From the NCBI GenBank assembly GCA_035193785.1, contig CP136572.1, positions 4,852,578 through 4,916,577 of the forward strand: a DNA stretch of 64,000 bases, read 5' to 3'. Of the stretch, positions 55,960 through 64,000 are shown piece after piece (positions within the stretch are counted from its first letter, which is position 1; every line of letters begins with the position of its first letter). Origin of the DNA: Planktothrix sp. GU0601_MAG3 (GTDB taxonomy: Bacteria; Cyanobacteriota; Cyanobacteriia; Cyanobacteriales; Microcoleaceae). The translations under genes were made by a program, and so were the position numbers. The notes under the pieces were generated by a model. The model saw only the letters and a list, made by a program, of their open reading frames with translations. It searched no databases and was not told where the DNA came from.

Positions 55960-57313
55960 ATGAAAAGGTTATTTTACCGCCTATTTTATTTCAGTTATGC
56001 CGTTAAACAATCCCGCAGAAAACGATTTACAACTCGCGGGTTAATAGTCCTTGTGGGTGTTGTGATTACGGCTTTTTTGGGATTAGATACTAACCAAAGT
56101 TTGACCTATCAAATATTTACTTTTCTAGTTTCTCTTCTAGTGGTTTCTCGGATTTCGGGTCTAGGGTTTCGGTTCCGTTTTAATGCCACTCGAACCTTGC
56201 CCCGATTTGCCACGGTGGGTATCCCTTTTAAATCTCGTATTATTATTTATAATAACACAAATAAAACTCAAATAGGATTGCAAATTATTGAAAATTTTGC
56301 CGATCCCCGTCCCACCCTGCAAGAGTTTATTGAAACTCCCGAAACCCGGAGAAAAACAGCGAAATCAGATTGATCAAATATTAGGTTATTATCGCTGGTT
56401 ATGGTTAATTAATCAAAAACAATATGCCCTAGAAAAACCCCAGGATTTGCCCCCCCTTCCCCCTCGACGTTCAACGGAAATTGATATTAATATTACACCT
56501 TCCCGTCGAGGGATTTTGCAATTCACCAGTTTAACAGTTTCCTGTTGTGATCCCTTGGGTCTTATTAATTCCCGTCAAACAATTTCTTTACCCCAAAATT
56601 TATTAATTTTGCCTCCATTTTATCACGTTCCACCGATAAAATTACCCGGTTCCAGACGTTATCAATCCGGTGGAGTCACCCTCGCTTCTTCCGTTGGAGA
56701 TGCTGAGGAATTTAGGGGATTAAGAGATTACCGTCCAGGGGATTCTTTAAGAAAAATTCATTGGAAAAGTTGGGCAAAATTAGGCAAACCAATTGTTAAA
56801 GAGGAACAGGATGAATTTTTTGTCCGCCATGCTTTAATTTTAGATACCTTTCACCCTTTAAAGTATAGTGAATGTTTAGAAGAAGCGATCGCCATTGCTG
56901 CTTCGGTCGCCTATGAAATTCAAACTCAAGAATCTTTATTAGATTTAATGTTTGTCGGCCATGAAGCCTATTGTTTTACCTTTGGTCGCGGGTTAAGTCA
57001 TACCGATAAAATGTTAGAAATTTTAGCCTCTGTTGTGGCTTGTCGGGATAAAGAATTTAATTCTATTATTCCTATTATTCTCGATAGAATTTCCTTATTA
57101 AGTGGGTGTATATGTATTTTTATTGCTTGGGACGAACACCGCAAAACCCTAATTAATCATCTCAATAGTATGGGGATTCATACTTTAGTATTAATAGTAA
57201 CAGATAATAAAAATCCAGAAAAAAATATGGATTTAGAATCTTTAAATCCTGATTTTACTACTTTTCATCAATTACATTTAGGACAAATACAAGAGGATTT
57301 AATCAAACTATGA
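55960..57313 (+). CDS. DUF58 protein (apparent frameshift near 56343)
   Basis: EFRGLRDYRPGD..IHWKSWAK. Confidence 0.9.
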
Positions 57314-59306
57314 AAACCCCACCCTTTCTTTTAGGTGCAACTTTGATCTTTTGGGGATGGCAAACAGGACTATTAGTTTTTGCCCTACCAATGGCTTTAA
57401 TTATTGAAGGTTATCGCTGGATTCAGTGGCGATGGGATGTATCCTCAGAGGATATTAAAAATATTGCTAATTTTTGTTTAATTTTTGCAATTTTAATCAC
57501 AATTTTTTTAATGATTAATAATCGCTCAATTCAATTTGTTTATACCCTATTACAATGGCTACCAATCATCTTTTTTCCCATTATATTAGCCCCCACCTAT
57601 TCCCTTAGCGATCGCATTGATATTAGAAACTCTATTTTTATTCTTAAATTCATCCCCAGATCAAGAAAACCCAGGACGTTTTCATCTAAACTTAACCTAT
57701 CCCTATTTTATCCTTTGTATTATCTCTACAAGTGCTGCCAATCTTCAAGATATATCATTTTATATAGGAATGTTTATGCTCCTAGCAATTGCCCTATTTC
57801 CCGGTCGGTCTAAACGATTTTCTCCCCTAATTTGGAGCGGGTTAATTCTGGCAGCCGGAAGTTTAGGAATGGTCGGATTTATTGGACTTCATCACCTACA
57901 TTTAACCTTGGAACAAGCTGTTGTAGAACGATTAAGCGGTTTATCGGTTACTGATCCCGATCCTTTTCAAAAAAGGACGGCTATGGGTGATATTGGAGTC
58001 TTAAAACTTTCTAATAAAATATTTTTTAGAGTGGCTACAAACAACACAGAAGCCACACCAATTCTCCTCAGAGAATCTACCTATAATAAATATAATTTAT
58101 CCAGTTGGTTAGCAACAGATTCTCAATTCAAGCCGATTCAACCTGCTCAAAATCCGACGACCTGGCTATTTGCAAAACCACCTCAAGACTATTCTGAAAT
58201 TAAAATTTCTAGCCGGTTAAATAATGGAAAAGGTTTGTTAAAACTACCAAATGGGGCATTTAAAATTAATCAATTACCCGTTTTAACTTTAGAAAAAAAT
58301 CAATATGGTACAGTTAAAATACAAGGAAACTCCGATTTAATGTCCTATCAAATATTATTTAATCCTCGGGTTAATATTGATAGTCCTCCCACGGAAGCAG
58401 ATTTACAAATTCCCAAATCAGAAAAACCAGCCATTGCTCGAATTGTCAAGGAATTAGATTTAAAAGGAAAACCTCCTGAAGAAATTTTAAAGGGGGTTAA
58501 AGGGTTTTTTGATGATAATTTTAATTATTCTTTGCAACTATTAGAAACAGACCGAGGGACAACACCGCTATCTACTTTTTTACTAAAAAATCGGTCGGGA
58601 CATTGTGAATATTTTGCCACAGCAACAACACTTTTATTGCGGGAAATGGGGATTCCAGCCCGTTATGTAATTGGATTTTCCGTGAGTGAATTTAGCTCTT
58701 TAGAGAATCAATTTATTGTTCGAGGTCGGGATGGTCACGCCTGGACTTTAGTGTATTTAGATGGGGTTTGGCAAAATTTTGATACCACGCCTGCGGGATG
58801 GTCAGCTTTTGAAGATGCTGCGGCATCTAAATGGGAATTAATCACAGATATTTGGTCTTTTTTGGGGTTTCAATTGACTCTATTTCTGAAATATATTCCC
58901 ACCATAAATCTGTTAAAATATAGCTGGTTATTGCTCATTCCCTTAGTATTAATCATTGTTCAGTTTAAGTCAAAAAAACGAGTCCATCGTTTAAAATCTC
59001 AACAAATATTATCAAAATCCATCTCATCCTATCAACAACAAGGCACAGATTCAGAATTTTATATTATTGAGAAATCCTTAAACGAATTAGGCTGTTTTCG
59101 TCATCCTTCCGAGTCTTTAAAATCTTGGATGAAACGCTTAAAACAGGAGTTACCTAAAAACCCGTTAATTGATGATTTATCCTCCATGGTTGAAACTGCA
59201 TTATCGTTATCGTTTTGATCCTCAAGGAATTAATCAAGCGGAAAGACAAAAATTAAATGAGATGATCGAATCTTGGTTAAGCTATTATCAAAAACTGGAT
59301 CGATGA
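57310..59306 (+). CDS. Membrane transglutaminase-like protein (apparent frameshifts near 57628 and 59194)
   Basis: GHCEYFA, GIPAR, HAW, FDTTP triad. Confidence 0.88.
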
Positions 59307-59323
59307 GGTTCTAAAATCCTGGT

Positions 59324-59701
59324 TTATTTCAATACATAATAGGCTAAAACACTTTGAACTTCATAGATATTTAGCCTTCTGTTAAACTCCCTTTCTATGG
59401 GTGCAGAACTTCCCGATATCCAGATTTTTAATTCCGCATCTAGGTCAAAGTGTCCCGATGTTTCAATGCTAAAATGAATAATACTCCGGTAAGGAATGGA
59501 GTGATATTCGATTTTTTTTCCGGTAATTCCTTGTTTATCAACAAAGATTAATCGTTTATTGGTAAATACAATTAAATCCCGCACTAATTGATAGGCTCTT
59601 TCTACAGATTCACCCTCTGCTAAAAGTTTCACCAGTCCCGCTTGTAGCTTTTCTGAATCGATTTCAGATGCGTTACCTAATAAGCCATCCATTAATCCCA
59701 T
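59324..59701 (-). CDS. Bacterial PH-domain protein
   Basis: RDLIVFTNKRLI..DKQGITGKK..ETSGHFDLD. Confidence 0.88.
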   Translation of the reverse strand: MGLMDGLLGNASEIDSEKLQAGLVKLLAEGESVERAYQLVRDLIVFTNKRLIFVDKQGITGKKIEYHSIPYRSIIHFSIETSGHFDLDAELKIWISGSSAPIEREFNRRLNIYEVQSVLAYYVLK

Positions 59702-59810
59702 GATTGACCTCCTAACTCAAATTAAAGAATGTGTTTTTACAAGTTATTTCTATTATAGCTTTATTTTTTGGATTATGTAGAGACTATTCTAATCTTACAA
59801 TACACAATGA

Positions 59811-61035
59811 TTACACTTTCGGTCTAGTTGCAGAAACACAATATTCATATAAAGCTTTATTACAATTTCGTTTTCTGATAATTTCAGAATTGATCTGTTT
59901 ATAACCTAACATTTCCATAGACTCAGATAGAATTGATGCTGTGTCAACAGTGTTACCAAAGAAATTTGAATTACCAATAATATAATACAACGTTGCTTGA
60001 GCTTTAAGAATAGATCTAAGTGAAGACAAATGAAGATGAATATCATGAAAATATTTTAATACATAAATAGCCATTAAATCGGTATTTTTGCCCTCAGAAT
60101 TTTTGATTTTATCTACAGTTTTAAATAGTTCTTTTGGCAAATTATTTTCTTCAATTTGCCAAGTATTTAAACGACTGGTAGCAATTCCCCACGTTCCCCC
60201 AATTGCTAACCAGTCAATTTCACCTGCTTCTTTTGCTTCAGTTATAAACTTAGTCCAATACATATAAGGACGCAGTTCACGAATATAACTCATGCGATTA
60301 GGATAGGGAGGTGAAGTAATCACTTGATCAACTTTAATATGATCTAATCCGATTAGAGTTTTAGAATCTGTCTCAATAATAGTTACAATCCCTGAAATAT
60401 TGGTTTCTGCTGTTTTTAAAATAAACTCAAGAATGGTCAAAAACAATTCTTCAGCATATTCTATATCAAACTGGGTAACTGTTTGCTGAAATGACATAGA
60501 AACATGGTTAAATGAGGCGGAAGAAGTTTCGATAATCAGACGGCAAAAAGCAATCCATACTAAACTATAATGATTATTTTCTGGTTCACCAAAATAATTG
60601 GCTAAAGTGGTTCGCAAAGCCGTCAATAATTTTAGGGTATACCTAGACCACCATCTTTCAATATTGAAGATAGGAGGTGTCCAATTGTTATGGTCGATTA
60701 AAGTTTTATATTCTTCTAATGCTGGTTTTATTCGTTTTCTAATATCTGTCAATTCAGCTTTAGAATAGTTTCTACATTTGGCAGTTCCTAGCCAAACTAG
60801 AAACGGATTAATATCAAATAAAATTGTCTGTTTTCCCTGTTCAGCCGCCACAAGTCCTGTAGTTTCCTGTACCGGAAAATGGATCAAGAATAATTGCCTC
60901 TGGTTCAACAGAAGTTAAAATCTTTTCAACTAATTTCACACCATAGGCAGGAGTCAGACGCAACCATCCATGTCGCCCTAAATTCTGATTATGTTTAAAC
61001 GTATATTCTGGTCTTTGTTTTACAGTTGATAACAT
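59811..61035 (-). CDS. Amino-DNA methyltransferase, probably m4C, alpha motif order (apparent frameshift near 60864)
   Basis: DPFSGTGTT (motif I) precedes TSPPY (motif IV). Confidence 0.85.
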
Positions 61036-61829
61036 TACTTGGCAGTTAATAAAACTTCTAGGGTTGTATACACTTCATCTCGAATTAATGAAGAATTTCG
61101 TTGCAAGAAATCGGCTAAATCATAGCCTAACACATTCTTGGAAAAAACAAACAGAGAATTTTGGCTAGTTCCTAATAAAGTTCCGGTGATAATTGCTCCT
61201 CGGCTATTCCGATATCTTAAGACTAAATCGGAATCAATTTGTGAGGAAAAAATAGCAAATACAGGTAAGTATCCATTAGCCCAAGCAACGGCAATATTAT
61301 CAATATCAGCATTTTGTCTTTTGCTATCTTTACTTTTATAACCTTGCCTAACTTCAAATACGGCTCCATTTGCAGGTGCAGGAACATTCAAAGATTGACT
61401 ATAATTTGCTATCCATTGTGTGACTCTTTCTCTAACATCATAATTTTGAATTGCCGTTAATTCTAGTCGAGCATCTAAGGATAACCTTTTTTCCTTATTG
61501 TTTTTTGTCTGAACCGTGTAAGACCATAGAACATCTTTTGGATCATCATAATTGGCTTGATCAATAATAATTTGTCGAAATAAACTTTCACAACCTCTCC
61601 CAATTTGTCGATAAATAGAAGTCATTCCCCCCGCAGCTTTATGAGCAGCATACATTAAATCTGAATTCAGACCAATCCATGAATAAAACGGATCTGAACC
61701 ATATAATGATAGAAATGTCGCTAAATCTAATCCTTCTTCTCGATTTCCTAATCCAAATTTAGGTTTATATCGCCTACACACTTTAATTGGATCTAAAAAC
61801 CGCTTCAGATAAAGGTTTTCGTCAATCAC
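61035..61829 (-). CDS. Putative type II restriction endonuclease (start uncertain)
   Basis: Stop overlaps MTase start; SLD..FEVRQGYKSKD PD-(D/E)xK-like core. Confidence 0.65.
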   Translation of the reverse strand: MIDENLYLKRFLDPIKVCRRYKPKFGLGNREEGLDLATFLSLYGSDPFYSWIGLNSDLMYAAHKAAGGMTSIYRQIGRGCESLFRQIIIDQANYDDPKDVLWSYTVQTKNNKEKRLSLDARLELTAIQNYDVRERVTQWIANYSQSLNVPAPANGAVFEVRQGYKSKDSKRQNADIDNIAVAWANGYLPVFAIFSSQIDSDLVLRYRNSRGAIITGTLLGTSQNSLFVFSKNVLGYDLADFLQRNSSLIRDEVYTTLEVLLTAK

Positions 61830-62092
61830 GGTAAATTTTATAAGTTTAGTTTGTCTCAATTGAGTATACAACAAGGTGTAAATTAAGAATAATGTCACAA
61901 AGATATCAAAATATAAGCATTTACCATTAAACGGATCTACAATAGAAACAGTTAACAAAATGGAGGTCATATTCCCATGCCTCAAATCATTAAAGATCAA
62001 CCCAGTGGGTTATATATTCAAACCCCTGAACAACAATCGATCGCCTTTCCCCTCAAACAACTGATAACTGATAACTGATAACTGATTACTGA

Positions 62093-64000
62093 TTACCAGG
62101 GGCTTCCAATCATCGTAAATCCTGACCAATAATAGGGATGGGATAAACTGGTAATATTAGATTCTGTAAGATTAGTCGGGAGAGGAATAGCACCAAAAGT
62201 GGTAATTAACTGCTCATTTTCAATGCGAGTTTTTCCCTGAATCATTGCAATTTGTGCCTCTTGTAATCCGACCGCTTTAATCGGTGCTTGCTTTAAATAT
62301 TCATAAAATTCACTCATTAATCCTAAAGTTCCCTGGTCACTAACATACCATAAACTCGCTAAAGCCGATTTAACTCCCGCTTGCACAGCTAAACCCGCAA
62401 ACCCTAATTCTGACCGTCGATCTCCTAATGCTGTTCGACAAGCACTTAAAGTTAATAATTCCACCGTGGGATCATCCCAACCCAAGTTAGGAAGTTCTGT
62501 TAAGGGTAACTTTTCATTCCATAATTGGATAAAAGAATTACTCGGAGATCCGGTTTTAAAATCAGCGTGGGTGGCTAAATGAATCACTTTAAAATCCGAT
62601 CTACGCCGTTGGGATTTCAGATTATCTAGGGTGAAAAGCTCGTTTAAGAATTTTTCACCCGGCCAAATTTCAGTAATATTTTGAAGTTCAACTGGAACCG
62701 CCGGAAGTGGATTTTGTTGTTGAAATTGACTCGCCCCCATGGCTAAGACTTGTGCTTGAATAATAGATTGATATCGAAAGTCAATTAAGCTGGTACTGGG
62801 AATTAAACTAATCGCATATTTTTCAACTAAAAATTGTTGACCATCCCATAAAACTGCTATTGGTAAACTCCGTAAACCTGCATCCAGGGAGAATAAAATA
62901 GTAGAAACTCCTAATCTTTTCAAATCATCTTCTATCGGTTTAATCATCCATTGATGAAGTTGTTCCGCCGGAGCTTGATAACTGACTGTATCCCGTTGTC
63001 GGGGGTTGGTAATTTCGTTTTGCAGTTGTCGAACAACGAGGGATAATTTTTCTTTGGTGGCTTCAGGAACGCTATGTCGCACGGGTTCACCGGAGGAAGG
63101 AACCACAATGAGTTCTAATTGATCTTCCCTGGAAACAATATAAACAATGGCATAAACCTGTTTGGTTTTTATCTCCAATTCTTTTAATAGTTGTTGAACT
63201 TCTGAACGCTCTAATAGGTTGCCTTGAACTCCTAAATGTTGTTGAAATTCTTGATTTCTTGACTGCTCTAATGCCAAAAATGTAGAATCTAAATCATCAA
63301 AACTAAAAGCAATATCTACCGTCGATAAAAGCTCCTGGGAAAGAAAATTATTATTATAATTAATGATAACTTCGGGAGAAGTTTGTGTCCGTTCTTGTTC
63401 TTGGTTATTAGGAGGAATTAATACATCTTGTTGCAGGATCACTCCTGTATTAATCAAGGCTTCGTTTCCACTAGGACTAGGGGGAATAATATTAGGGGCA
63501 TCATCGGTTTGAATGGCAATATTTCCTAATGTAAATGAACCTTGAAAACTTTGGGGGGGCAGAATGCTAAAATCCCCGGTGGTAATGGTGGCGGCTGTTC
63601 CATTCACTGTTAAGTTACCTTCGATTTCAAAGGGAGTAATCGGGGGATTCAGTGGCCCTCCGGCGTGACGAAGGGTAATCGCACCCCCACCCAGACGTCC
63701 TGCTGTGGAGATACTGGCGGTTCCGGTGGGGGAAAATCGGGTGGGGAAGGAGTTGGTAGCACGGAAGTAGCCTTGGGTAGATTCGGCAAAAACGTTACCC
63801 CCGCGACCGTTAGGGGATTCGGTGTTAATAAATTCTACCTGAACATCATTAACCGGGTCGAGGAAAACGTTACCGCCTTGGGTTTGACCTTGGGTATCAA
63901 TTTCTCCGGCGGTAATGCTGGTTTGGGCTTTGACCGTAAGGTTCCCACCCGTATTACCAGATGTCAGTATATTCCCGGTTGTAATATTTCCGGTTATCGC
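62093..64000 (-). CDS. Hemagglutinin-like repeats plus CHAT domain (5' end off window)
   Basis: Frame open to 64000; IHLATHA, LSACRTA, ASLW, HPYYW. Confidence 0.9.
   Translation of the reverse strand, partial: AITGNITTGNILTSGNTGGNLTVKAQTSITAGEIDTQGQTQGGNVFLDPVNDVQVEFINTESPNGRGGNVFAESTQGYFRATNSFPTRFSPTGTASISTAGRLGGGAITLRHAGGPLNPPITPFEIEGNLTVNGTAATITTGDFSILPPQSFQGSFTLGNIAIQTDDAPNIIPPSPSGNEALINTGVILQQDVLIPPNNQEQERTQTSPEVIINYNNNFLSQELLSTVDIAFSFDDLDSTFLALEQSRNQEFQQHLGVQGNLLERSEVQQLLKELEIKTKQVYAIVYIVSREDQLELIVVPSSGEPVRHSVPEATKEKLSLVVRQLQNEITNPRQRDTVSYQAPAEQLHQWMIKPIEDDLKRLGVSTILFSLDAGLRSLPIAVLWDGQQFLVEKYAISLIPSTSLIDFRYQSIIQAQVLAMGASQFQQQNPLPAVPVELQNITEIWPGEKFLNELFTLDNLKSQRRRSDFKVIHLATHADFKTGSPSNSFIQLWNEKLPLTELPNLGWDDPTVELLTLSACRTALGDRRSELGFAGLAVQAGVKSALASLWYVSDQGTLGLMSEFYEYLKQAPIKAVGLQEAQIAMIQGKTRIENEQLITTFGAIPLPTNLTESNITSLSHPYYWSGFTMIGSPW

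Noticed and set aside
1403..61035. Mass pseudogenisation or programmed frameshifting
   Set aside because: Breaks hit core genes (lysC, clpR, ccmK3), share one context on both strands and also occur in non-coding repeats. This fits a systematic sequencing artefact.

Overview
AT-rich chromosomal DNA from a filamentous cyanobacterium (many HIP1 GCGATCGC sites, ccmK3/K4, clpR-clpP, heptamer repeats; Planktothrix/Oscillatoriales-like is an inference). It holds housekeeping genes (ftsH end, birA, clpR/clpP, mtnA, ccmK3/4, thiE/thiS, lysC, hisZ) and accessory blocks: a P450 plus two flavoproteins, a toxin-antitoxin pair, a paoABC-like operon with xdhC/mocA/sufU, an FHA pair, an RTX surface protein, MoxR/DUF58/transglutaminase and a type II R-M pair. 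Two signals stand out. (1) About 30 apparent frameshifts, all checked by hand, are the same event: an extra A in GAAC or T in GTTC (two As at one site). This points to a motif-specific sequencing error, and GAAC/GTTC is the classic Dnd phosphorothioate motif, so the errors may be a footprint of DNA modification. (2) Two orphan 37-bp type I-D-like CRISPR repeats enclose one 1175-bp gene-bearing 'spacer', with no cas genes or leader in the window. REP and MITE elements also remodel genes, including an in-frame insertion in birA and the apparent replacement of most of a membrane-peptidase gene. Protein assignments come from motif recognition only; no database search was run.
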